Positions 1 to 8,717 of a stretch of 64,000 nt of DNA are shown here, piece by piece. Every line of letters begins with the position of its first letter. Positions within the stretch are counted from its first letter, which is position 1. The position numbers were made by a program, and so were the translations under genes. The notes below the pieces were generated by a model. The model was not told where the DNA came from. It saw nothing but the letters and a program-made list of their open reading frames with translations, and made no database searches. The DNA lies in sequence record OQ790161.1; one strand, given 5' to 3'.

Positions 1-1134
1 GTAGTAGTCACGCTGCTGCGCTGCATTGAGCGGGTTGCCCATGCCGTCGAGCATGATGAAGTATCCCAGATGCTTTTCCGGGTTGGACGGCTGGTGAACC
101 GGGATCACCGATTCAGACGGCAGCTTGAGCACCAGCGGGTGACCGATCGTGGGACGATTCAGTTCACGCGAGGGCTGGAGCATCATGATCGGCTGATGCT
201 GGTACTGGGTACCACGCGGGGCACCGTAGCCCATCTGCATACCCGAGGTGTAGCTTTCCTGTGACACGTTCAACGAGGCCGAACGCAGTCCGGTCATGCC
301 ACGACGTTGTAGCAGGTGGAAGGTACGGTCTTGGGTGATACGACGCTGGAGGCTGGCCACCTTGAGGATGTTCGGGTTGTCCACGATTTCCAACTGCGGA
401 TCCAGACCGTAGCACTTCTGGGTCACCGCCGCATTGTACTCGGTAGCGCCGCCGTAGTTCTCCAGACCGAAGTTGATTCGGGTACCGGAGGTCTGTCCTT
501 CAACGTTGTTACCCAGGAAGCCAAAGCAGCGCAGCTTGCCGCTGGGATCGAAGTCTTCCCCGAGGGCTTCCATCGAAACGCGACCGGGGTTGTTGATGGC
601 GCGGTCGATGGTCGACTCGGCCAAGATCAGCAGCGGGTAGGAGCCGGTCAGGAAGAGTGCGTCTTCCAGCGAAGGCTTCAGCAAGTCGCTAATCTTGTAG
701 ATCTTCTCGAAGTGGTCGGTGACCACGTTCAACATCTGTCCGGCCAATTCGCTGTTGAAGCGGTTGGTTTCGAGACTGAAGTTGATGCCGGTGGTTACCA
801 GATCCTTGGGAGCCAGAATTGAACTGACGAGGATCTGCATTGCCAGCTCTGTCTCGGGCAGCAGCTGGAAGATGGTCTGTGCGTCACTGACGTCATTTGC
901 CGTCAAATCCGTGATGCGTTGCAGCAGGCCCATGTCCGGCGCCTGAAGACCACGGTCACGTCGGCCCGTGTTGGTCGTGATCATTCCAGCGCCAAAGCGC
1001 TGGTTGCTCATTTCCGGCACGTACTTCGACGTCAGTGCTGCGATTTCGTTCATGCGACCTGTCGGATTCAGACGCGGGTACGCACTGCGGGCCTCCATGG
1101 GCACCGCATAAGACGGCGAAAGCGAATTGGACAT
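1..1134 (-). CDS. Probable portal protein (phiKZ gp129-like), partial; runs off the left edge
   Basis: Not in the ORF track because its stop lies outside the window. Manual translation from ATG 1134 is MSNSLSPSYAVPMEARSAYPRL...DAQTIFQLLPETELAMQILVSSILAPKDL...SMEA... and the end at base 1 also reads open in the same frame. The QLxPxxELAxQILxSSILxPxD motif is recalled from phiKZ-like gp129 portal candidates; divergent from a gp128-like gene. Confidence 0.6.
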   Translation of the reverse strand, partial: MSNSLSPSYAVPMEARSAYPRLNPTGRMNEIAALTSKYVPEMSNQRFGAGMITTNTGRRDRGLQAPDMGLLQRITDLTANDVSDAQTIFQLLPETELAMQILVSSILAPKDLVTTGINFSLETNRFNSELAGQMLNVVTDHFEKIYKISDLLKPSLEDALFLTGSYPLLILAESTIDRAINNPGRVSMEALGEDFDPSGKLRCFGFLGNNVEGQTSGTRINFGLENYGGATEYNAAVTQKCYGLDPQLEIVDNPNILKVASLQRRITQDRTFHLLQRRGMTGLRSASLNVSQESYTSGMQMGYGAPRGTQYQHQPIMMLQPSRELNRPTIGHPLVLKLPSESVIPVHQPSNPEKHLGYFIMLDGMGNPLNAAQQRDYY

Positions 1135-1182
1135 AAATGCTAACCTCTGAAGCTAACTTTTTCGTGTTTTGGGAGACGCCCC

Positions 1183-3861
1183 GTGTCAAAGGCGCAATAC
1201 GACATTTACCGACGCAAAGTCCTTGACCTTGCAAGGACACTGGTCGTAAAGAGCTCTGCGTCTGCAGACGCTATCAATCGTGAGTTGCGGGCCTTGGGCT
1301 TGGCGATTAACGAGAACGACCCCGAGAGTTGGAAATACTACCTGCACTTGGCTGGTGAATATCACAGCACCTCGGTGCTGATGACAGTCAAGTCGTTGGA
1401 TACCCTTACCGACATTCCCTTTACCAAGGATAGTCTGGTCAATCATCTGGCCACGATGCGTGAGTACCGACAATTCGGTTCTTATTATCGTGCGCTGGTC
1501 TCTCGTTACCCTGATCAAGAAGACCTCATCCGAGGCATCCTCAATCCGGTTGACATTGACACAGCAATCGCCGCAGAAGATGGGCAAATCCTCTACTTCG
1601 ATCCGGAGTTGGTAGAGTCCAACGAAGAAAACCTGATCCCCAAGCTGGAGAACTGGTGTAAGGTGTTCAGCCGTCGATGGCTGGTCCGTGCATATGCCCA
1701 GGTCGATGACCTGTACGTGCCGGCGCACCTCACCCTGATGTACATGCTCATCCCCTCAGTGGTGATGAACATCCGCTTGGCAAACTGTCATACCAATTAC
1801 GCACATTCCTACCATATCCGCGAGTACTTGGCCAGCCATCAAAAGCTGGACTGGGCTGTGGATTACATGACCAAGAAACAGATGCTCTGGCTGTATCGTG
1901 AGATCCGTTTCATTGAGCGTAATGCCGGTAAACAGTCGACGTTCAAGTCGTTGATCCAGCATATCCTGACCGAGCGCAGCTTGCCGCTGGCCGAATGGAA
2001 CATGCGTCACTCGCTGACGGAGATGCCCGAGGAACTCACCCCTCGTGTTGAATTTGTCCGTGAGACGCTGAATCTGGATCTGTCCGCTGCCGGTGTGGAA
2101 ACCCGCAACGTAGTGGAAATGCTCAACGCTGAAGAAATCGTGGCCAAGGGCAACAGCCGGGTCATGGAAGATGCAGCGCCGCAGATTCGTGAGCAGATGG
2201 AATTCAGTGGCAACGATGAACTCAAGACGAAGGTCTTGGAATCGGCCGTGCTGGATACCACCGATGCCACCGTCTACACGTTGGCGGACACCCTGCTCAA
2301 CCATTGGCTGTATCTGTCGCACACCGGCCGCTACACGGCGGTGCTAACGGTGGACAACCCGCGTACCGGCCAACCGCTGGTGCTGTCGGTCAAGGAAGCT
2401 TTCGTGGTCTTCCTGTACAGCTGTGGTCAGGCCATGGGATTGGAGATGCATAACCTCCCGATCCTGCCTGCCAACAACGTTCGTCGCTTGATCACCCCGC
2501 CCCGGAGTAAACTGGAAGGGTTGGTCGATAAGAAGCTGCGCAATCCGGCAGTGTTCGATGCGATCTACGCCAACATCGTTCCCATTGGCAACTACATCTC
2601 CACCGAAGCGTTCTACCGTGACATCTCCTCGGTCCATAAGGGACTGATGGCCCATCGTTGGATCTGGGCTACGCGAGAGCATAAGGAAGAGCGTGGCATG
2701 GTGGAAGGTGCGGCCATGCATCTGTACCATTCGATCAGCTGTGACTTGGGTTCGTCCCAGACCTTTGATCGTTGGTTTGCAGATCGTGGATTGGACATGC
2801 CGCAGTTCACGCGCTTGGAGCATGAGCTTCTGGCCAACCTGCTGGTGTCCCATGCCACTGGTGCCAACCTCAACATCACCACGAGTCTGCGTGAGATCCA
2901 AGCAGCAATGCTGAAGATCATGGCCACGCTGTCCTCCTACTCGGTCCAGTACCTGCAATCGATCAACAGCCAACCGCTGTTGGTGACCGATTGGCCGATG
3001 CCTCGCATTGGTAAGGTGGCTGGTCGAGGTGGGGATCACATCGAGGGCGTGTCGGTCAATATCGGCGTCACTGGAATGAAGGACCGCGGTCGCGTTCGTG
3101 ACCGTCTGATTTCCGTGGATGAAGAGATGACCGTCAAGGTCAAGGGACATGCACGAGATCGCGTCGAGTTCAACCTCGGTGTTACTCCGCATGGCTCGGT
3201 GCGCTGGCACTACAAGGTGGAAATGGCCAACCCGACCATCTTGCGCGACCACTTCCCGGAATCGCAGCTGGCCGATGTCACCGATCGCGACACCGACTCC
3301 TACGTACCCTTCGGCGGCGTACTGTTGCGTGATGCCTTCACCTCGTTGGATTCGCGTCACTATGCTCTGGACACGGCTGACCGCAATAAGGTCACCACGG
3401 ACTGGAACACGCGTTCGCCGGATCCGAAGACGGACTACTACCTGCCGGGTCTGCGTTACCCGCCGGTCTTGCCGGCAGTGACTTCGGTGGATCTGTTTGA
3501 CATGCCCGAAGCTCCGATTGAATCTGATCTGGAGTTGGATGGCTTTGTCTATCCGGACTATGAGTTGGTGGTGCGGTTGGATGTGCTGTTCTACCCGACC
3601 TTGAATGGTTCGGTGATTGCAGACACGCTGACCTATCCTGAGCTCCATGATTCGGTGATCTCCGATCGTTTGGTCTACCCGACCTTGAACGAGCCGGTGT
3701 ACGCCGAGGCATTGACCTACCCGGATCTGGAACTGGATCTGACCTTGGACAAGCTGGACTATCCGGACGTGGAACGCATCGTGCGTGTCCAAGCCCTGAG
3801 CTATCCGGTCTTTGACGGGCAGACCATGGCCGAGCAGTTGACGTATCCGTTGGTAACCTAA
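1183..3861 (+). CDS. Virion structural (baseplate-type) protein, phiKZ gp128-like, with C-terminal 14-aa repeats
   Basis: 892 aa ORF with GTG start and GGAG RBS upstream. Motifs WKYYLHLAGEYH and HSYHIREYLASH are recalled from phiKZ-like structural proteins. Confidence 0.7.
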   Translation: MSKAQYDIYRRKVLDLARTLVVKSSASADAINRELRALGLAINENDPESWKYYLHLAGEYHSTSVLMTVKSLDTLTDIPFTKDSLVNHLATMREYRQFGSYYRALVSRYPDQEDLIRGILNPVDIDTAIAAEDGQILYFDPELVESNEENLIPKLENWCKVFSRRWLVRAYAQVDDLYVPAHLTLMYMLIPSVVMNIRLANCHTNYAHSYHIREYLASHQKLDWAVDYMTKKQMLWLYREIRFIERNAGKQSTFKSLIQHILTERSLPLAEWNMRHSLTEMPEELTPRVEFVRETLNLDLSAAGVETRNVVEMLNAEEIVAKGNSRVMEDAAPQIREQMEFSGNDELKTKVLESAVLDTTDATVYTLADTLLNHWLYLSHTGRYTAVLTVDNPRTGQPLVLSVKEAFVVFLYSCGQAMGLEMHNLPILPANNVRRLITPPRSKLEGLVDKKLRNPAVFDAIYANIVPIGNYISTEAFYRDISSVHKGLMAHRWIWATREHKEERGMVEGAAMHLYHSISCDLGSSQTFDRWFADRGLDMPQFTRLEHELLANLLVSHATGANLNITTSLREIQAAMLKIMATLSSYSVQYLQSINSQPLLVTDWPMPRIGKVAGRGGDHIEGVSVNIGVTGMKDRGRVRDRLISVDEEMTVKVKGHARDRVEFNLGVTPHGSVRWHYKVEMANPTILRDHFPESQLADVTDRDTDSYVPFGGVLLRDAFTSLDSRHYALDTADRNKVTTDWNTRSPDPKTDYYLPGLRYPPVLPAVTSVDLFDMPEAPIESDLELDGFVYPDYELVVRLDVLFYPTLNGSVIADTLTYPELHDSVISDRLVYPTLNEPVYAEALTYPDLELDLTLDKLDYPDVERIVRVQALSYPVFDGQTMAEQLTYPLVT
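3535..3858 (+). repeat. Eight tandem 14-aa (42-bp) repeats with core xxLxYPxL
   Basis: LDGFVYPDYELVVR / LDVLFYPTLNGSVI / ADTLTYPELHDSVI / SDRLVYPTLNEPVY / AEALTYPDLELDLT / LDKLDYPDVERIVR / VQALSYPVFDGQTM / AEQLTYPLVT. Confidence 0.9.
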
Positions 3862-3868
3862 GCACACA

Positions 3869-3895
3869 GGCGGGGTCTTCGGACCCCGCCTTTTT
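3869..3895 (+). terminator. Intrinsic terminator
   Basis: GGCGGGGTC-TTCG-GACCCCGCC followed by TTTTT, just after the stop at 3861. Confidence 0.9.
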
Positions 3896-3917
3896 CACAG
3901 CTCATCGAGAAAACCTC

Positions 3918-4373
3918 ATGACCATTTCATTGGCTCTGCTGAGTCGTCCTCATCAAGAGGCGGCCCACACGATCGTTGAGGAACTGCTCAAGCCGGGCGT
4001 GGACATCAACAACCTGGTCATTGGCCAGTCGGCGATCCACGATGACGGTGACGGCGTGTTGACGGTCAACGTTGACAGTGAAGCCTACAACGATCCCACC
4101 TGGACCTACCGTGGCAGTGTCGACCTGCGCTACAAGCGCGTGGACCTCAATGTTGCGTTTGGCTCCCTCAAGCTGCGCTGCTACGTCGGCGCTGAATACA
4201 CTACCCAGAAGGTGGTGGATCGACTGAAGCAAGTCTTCGGTCTGCACTTTGAACCCAACGAGTTCGTGAACGAAACCATCCCGATGACCACCTTGGGTCG
4301 TCGCGTGCTCTTGCGCGCTGCAGCGGACTCGCTGCGCTGGAAAGGTCAAGTGAGCGTGTTCGTTTACCGCTAA
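3918..4373 (+). CDS. phiKZ-like tail/baseplate structural protein (gp130-135-type domain)
   Basis: 151 aa; YKRVDL...GLHFEPNEF...AAADSLRWKG matches the recurring YxRxDL...SLxWxG virion domain. Confidence 0.65.
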   Translation: MTISLALLSRPHQEAAHTIVEELLKPGVDINNLVIGQSAIHDDGDGVLTVNVDSEAYNDPTWTYRGSVDLRYKRVDLNVAFGSLKLRCYVGAEYTTQKVVDRLKQVFGLHFEPNEFVNETIPMTTLGRRVLLRAAADSLRWKGQVSVFVYR

Positions 4374-4382
4374 GGACCTGTC

Positions 4383-6136
4383 ATGGCAACAACTGAACGG
4401 TTGCTCGAGTTGTCCACCCGTGGCGCTATCGTCCGGATGATCAACGATGAGAACAAGACCTTCTTCAATGGCGATGAAGCTGGCCCGTTGGTCATCTCCC
4501 CGCCGTTGGTCAAGGGGGCATCCGCACGGAGGTCGAAGTCTCCATCCGGCGTAAGCTCAGTGGAATGGATGAGTTACCCTTTGCAGGGCAGCTGGCCTTC
4601 CGCTACAACCGCTTGGATGTGGAGAACACCTTCTATGGTCGCTTGAATGGTTTCCGTCCTTCGATGCCGACCTCCACCCAAGTCCTGCTGGACGAACTGA
4701 CGGCCCGCATGGGAATCAAGTTCGAGAAAGACGACTTCATCTTGGAAGACATCATCCGCAACAACGCCGCTCCGTATGTGCTCAAGGCCAAACCGGAATC
4801 GCTGCGTTGGGTAGGTTCGATGGCGATCCAACTGATTGACCTGACCGACCTGTCCACCTATATCCCCGGCGGCTTGCCTACCCCAGTTCAAACGCTGGAG
4901 CTGGCCAAACCGCTGGTGCGCTCGCGCGATGTCTTCCCGTATTTGAATGTCACCCCGTTTGTGGATGAACTCAATGCGATCGGACTGAACGAGCCGGTGG
5001 AATCGGCCAGTCATCCGCTGTCGGTGTTCTTGCGCAAGGCCATGCCGGCCTATGGTGCATACCGTCGTGGGGCTACTGACTCGTGGAGCTACGCCGCAGG
5101 CGATAGCGTGGGCAATACCCGTGGTGCACAGCTGATCAGTCTAGGCGAAGTGGTGGCTGGCAACAATGCGTTGCTGGACAGTAATGTGGTGGCCCGTGTC
5201 CGCTTGGGTGCCGGTAACACCGGCTTGGGTGATAAGGACTTGCTCCTGCCCTACGCGCTGCCCAACTTCAACAACAGTCAGTTCAATGGCACCCCGCGTC
5301 TGAAGGCAACGGCGGTGGTCAATGCCAGCAATGGCACGACCTGGAACAAGTGGCTCAATGCATTGGTGGCGCCCTCAATCATCACCTCGTTGCCTGCCGG
5401 GTTGAACCTGCGCTTCAGTGGTCCGGATCTGTGGGTGGCCGATGCTGACAATCCCAGCCCGACCAATCTGTACAACGCAGTGGTGCAGTACAACGGCAGT
5501 CGCCGTGCATATGACATCGACGGCTATTACGCTGAATGTAATCGCGTCATCGTGGTGACCATCAGCGACAAGAACACCGCCTACCAAGGCAACCTGACCT
5601 TCCACTACCGTGCGCCGATCATTATCAATGAGAAGTTGCCCGATGGCGAGTTGGGAACGACCTACGACTTCGCACTGAACCCGCGTGAGGGCGTGGCCCC
5701 GTACACCTTCACCCGTGTGTCAGGTGTGTTTGCCCCGGAGCATGCGCTGACGGCAGACCATCGCATTGCCGGTGACTCTACCCAGACCGGTACGTTCCAA
5801 AGCGTCTATGACGTCAAGGATGCGGCCGGTACGGTGGTGCGCTACACGCTGTTCTATCGCGTGGTGGTGGGTCTGATGCGGGTGGCAGGGACTCCGCCGG
5901 TGGCGGTGCGTGGAACGCCGTATGAGTTCACCTTCGAGGTGGCTGGTGGCGTGCCGGCGTATACCTACCGACTGATCAACAACAGTGGGTCTTCGGAATT
6001 GTCACTGCCGAGTCCCTTCAACCCCCGTGTGGCGGGAACGTTCTCCGGTAATGCCGGAACGCGTTCGTACGCGCTGGAGGTAACTGACCAACAAGGCTCA
6101 GTGGCAACGTACAGTTTCACGATCACCGTGAACTAA
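4383..6136 (+). CDS. Tail structural protein (RLD...SLRWxG domain plus C-terminal Ig-like domains), split by a frameshift at G5 tract 4514-4518
   Basis: ORF 4383-4646 supplies the N-terminus (MATTERLLELS...RMINDEN...PPLVKG). The -1 frame, open from 4478, continues GIRTEVEVSIRRKLSGMDELPFAGQLAFRYNRLDV into ORF 4565-6136. One extra G gives a single 584 aa protein. The C-terminus has GVAPYTF and GGVPAYTY...EVTDQQG Ig-like motifs. Confidence 0.75.
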
Positions 6137-6145
6137 GGTCTAGTT

Positions 6146-6709
6146 ATGAGTAACCTCTCGCGAATCTCCAGCCTCAGCCGCACGGCCTTGGAAGCGGTGC
6201 AAAACCTCTTCCTCGCAGTGTTCACCCGCTCCATCGATACCCGCTTTGTGGACTTCAGTTTGGATCGTCAAAACTCCGAACTGATCATCACGTCCAAGGA
6301 AGAGTCCGAGTCCGGCGAAGTGGGTATCTACCGTGGGGCCTATCGCTGGCCCTACAACAAAGCATCGCTCAATACCTCGGTTCCGTTCCCACTGGCCGTG
6401 CAAGTAGAGTACCCGCTGACCTTCCGTGCTCTGCGTGCCCAGTTGCTGGCGCGTTATGAGATCTTGCTGGAAGAGAACGAGTTCGCCATGACGCTGGGTG
6501 GAACACCGCTGGTGGACGACTCGCTTCTGGATCAACCCTTGCTGATGGAGTTCGGACAGTTCAAGCTGTACGCCACCTCCAGCTCGGGACGGTTCGTTGC
6601 CGGGACGTATCTGACGTTGGTGTTTGTCCAACCCAACAAGCGCATCTCCTTGCGTTCGTTGTTTGACACCACCAAGACCGACCTGCTCGGTTCGCTGGCG
6701 CCGGCATAA
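6146..6709 (+). CDS. phiKZ-like tail structural protein
   Basis: 187 aa; YNKASL...YPLTF..L...L..RY.ILLE.NEF resembles the same domain family as its neighbours. Confidence 0.6.
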   Translation: MSNLSRISSLSRTALEAVQNLFLAVFTRSIDTRFVDFSLDRQNSELIITSKEESESGEVGIYRGAYRWPYNKASLNTSVPFPLAVQVEYPLTFRALRAQLLARYEILLEENEFAMTLGGTPLVDDSLLDQPLLMEFGQFKLYATSSSGRFVAGTYLTLVFVQPNKRISLRSLFDTTKTDLLGSLAPA

Positions 6710-6715
6710 TCCACA

Positions 6716-6740
6716 GGAGCCTTCGGGCTCCCGTGTCTTT
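6716..6740 (+). terminator. Hairpin / probable terminator
   Basis: GGAGCC-TTCG-GGCTCC followed by T-rich sequence. Confidence 0.6.
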
Positions 6741-6765
6741 CCGATCTTTTTCTTTTGGAGCTGGC

Positions 6766-7269
6766 ATGGCCGGTACGAAAAACATCTTCAATGCAGATCC
6801 GGTGGAGGTGGTGATCGAAGCCCTGCGCATGTCCCATGGGACGGTGCTGGATTTGACCTATGCAACGGTTGTCGTAGCAGCGACTGCCTCAGCTGAACTC
6901 ACCCGTGTCACGGTGACGCCCAAAGAAGTCAATGGCTACAGCTTGTATGTGGAGCCGTTGATCTTCGACATGAACAAACTCAATCTGTCAGCACGTCTGC
7001 CCAAAGACATGTGCTACAGTGGTAACTGGCCGGCGACCTTTGCTGCATTTGCCAGCTTCATGAATGCCGCCTACGGTCTGGTGGTGCGCGCTGATGAGTG
7101 GGAGATCGTCCATAACGGTACGACCTATCCACTGACGGTCAACACGACGTTGAACTTCAACATCACCTTGGTGCGTAACTTCGTGTTGCGTCCCAGTGTG
7201 CGCAATCTGCTGTTCTCTCAACAGATGCAGTTCCCGATGTTCATTACCACCACCCAGGCAGTTGCCTAG
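6766..7269 (+). CDS. Tail-region structural protein, hypothetical
   Basis: Likely start is ATG 6766 after GGAG (the track ORF starts at 6733); 167 aa MAGTKNIFNADPVEVV... Confidence 0.6.
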   Translation: MAGTKNIFNADPVEVVIEALRMSHGTVLDLTYATVVVAATASAELTRVTVTPKEVNGYSLYVEPLIFDMNKLNLSARLPKDMCYSGNWPATFAAFASFMNAAYGLVVRADEWEIVHNGTTYPLTVNTTLNFNITLVRNFVLRPSVRNLLFSQQMQFPMFITTTQAVA

Positions 7270-7283
7270 GATACCAAGTGCGA

Positions 7284-7314
7284 GCCCCTGCCTTCGGGCA
7301 GGGGCCTTATGCCG
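7284..7314 (+). terminator. GC hairpin with TTATGCCG tail
   Basis: GCCCCTGCC-TTCG-GGCAGGGGC-CTTATGCCG. Confidence 0.75.
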
Positions 7315-7387
7315 TAAAATCTTCGACCTATCATGTGTACTAAGCCGATACGGCTTTGATTTTTTCGCATTGAATAGGACTGCCCAC

Positions 7388-8680
7388 ATGAGTACCCCGA
7401 TGTCCTTGTTCCAGCGCCTGCTGAACTTGGTCGAAACTTCCGCAGAGGCAGCTGGTCTGTACTTTGTAGTTGCCACCGACGAAGGCCTGCGTGCACTGAA
7501 GCTGGAGGAAATCCTCAAGTCAGTTCCTGCTCCCACCTCCACTGTGATCACCCATGAGGTGGTCCGTGAACCGGAGCCGGAAAACCCCTTGCTCCAGCAA
7601 TTGGTCCAGCAGTTGAGCGAGCACAAAGAACAACTGGACCTGCTCTCCGATGAAATCAGCGATGTCCAATCGGATCTGCTCAAGCGGTTGAAGAAAGCGT
7701 CCAAGGAACCCTTCGTTCCCGATGAGTCGGTGAGCCTGGGTCTGGATGCTCTGCGCGATGGCGCAGTGGATGCAGAGAACGTGGCCGTGGGTCTGTGCGC
7801 GGGTGCAGAGTTGGATGGTCAAGGCAATACCCTGATCGGTCCGCATGCTGGCACCGAATGCAAGGGCGTGTTGCGTGATGTCACGGCCGTGGGTTATTCG
7901 GCACTGGCTGAAGCCCAAGACGATCTGACCAACGTCACCGCACTGGGCGCCTACAGCGATGCCACTGGCGACAACCAAGTCATCTTGGGTAACGCCCACA
8001 CCACCACCTACTCCCATTCTGCCCCGCACCGTCGGGCGGACGTGCGCGATATGCATGAGCCGGAAGTGAATTCGCTGGGTCTGGACTTCGTGTTGGGTAT
8101 CCGACCGCTCCAGTACCGCAACGACTTCCGTGAGCTGTACATCGACTGGGAGAACAAGCCGGTCGAACCTGAAGTGCTGCGTCCGGAACCGCAAGCTCCC
8201 ACGTTGGAGTCTGACGATCCGGCCTACCAGCCGTTGCTCATTGCCTACCGCTCCGACAAGGCGCAGTGGGACCGTGAGCATCGTGACTACGTCCTGGCTG
8301 TCCAACAGTTCCATGTCGATCTGACGCAGTGGCTGGAAGACAACAAACTTTCGCGTATCAAGCCCACCGGCGAACACGTCGGTACTCGTACGCACGTCGG
8401 CTTCAACGGAGCCGAACTGCTGGAGCTGTGCGAACGCTTCGGCGTGAACATGGCCTTCGTTCAAGACCACAAGGTCAACGGCGGCAAGGACGTACTGTCC
8501 CTGTCTGATGGTGAAATGGTCGGCGTCCTGTGGACGGCTATCCATGACCTGTACCGGAAGATGACCTCTTCGGAGTTCATCGACGAAATCGCCAGCGCGC
8601 TCTATCAGCGGCACAAAACGATCACTGAGGCCACGCAGGCACAGACGCCTGTGGGGTCTGATTTGCCGGCCCAAGACTGA
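7388..8680 (+). CDS. Tail-fibre/tailspike-related protein with short beta-helix repeats and a degenerate S74 chaperone domain
   Basis: Likely start ATG 7388 (AGGA upstream), 430 aa. GNTLIGPHAG / VTAVGYSA / VTALGAYS repeats are followed by DNQVILGN..TTTY...RADVRDM...LGLDF...IRPLQY...QDHKVNGGKDVLSL, the layout of an S74 domain. Confidence 0.7.
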   Translation: MSTPMSLFQRLLNLVETSAEAAGLYFVVATDEGLRALKLEEILKSVPAPTSTVITHEVVREPEPENPLLQQLVQQLSEHKEQLDLLSDEISDVQSDLLKRLKKASKEPFVPDESVSLGLDALRDGAVDAENVAVGLCAGAELDGQGNTLIGPHAGTECKGVLRDVTAVGYSALAEAQDDLTNVTALGAYSDATGDNQVILGNAHTTTYSHSAPHRRADVRDMHEPEVNSLGLDFVLGIRPLQYRNDFRELYIDWENKPVEPEVLRPEPQAPTLESDDPAYQPLLIAYRSDKAQWDREHRDYVLAVQQFHVDLTQWLEDNKLSRIKPTGEHVGTRTHVGFNGAELLELCERFGVNMAFVQDHKVNGGKDVLSLSDGEMVGVLWTAIHDLYRKMTSSEFIDEIASALYQRHKTITEATQAQTPVGSDLPAQD

Positions 8681-8717
8681 GTATTTTCTTACACCACTTT
8701 GACGAGGCGGATCAGAC

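Noticed and set aside
3535-3858. CRISPR-like array from the 42-bp periodicity
   Set aside because: The periodicity is at protein level inside a CDS, with no invariant DNA repeat or unique spacers.
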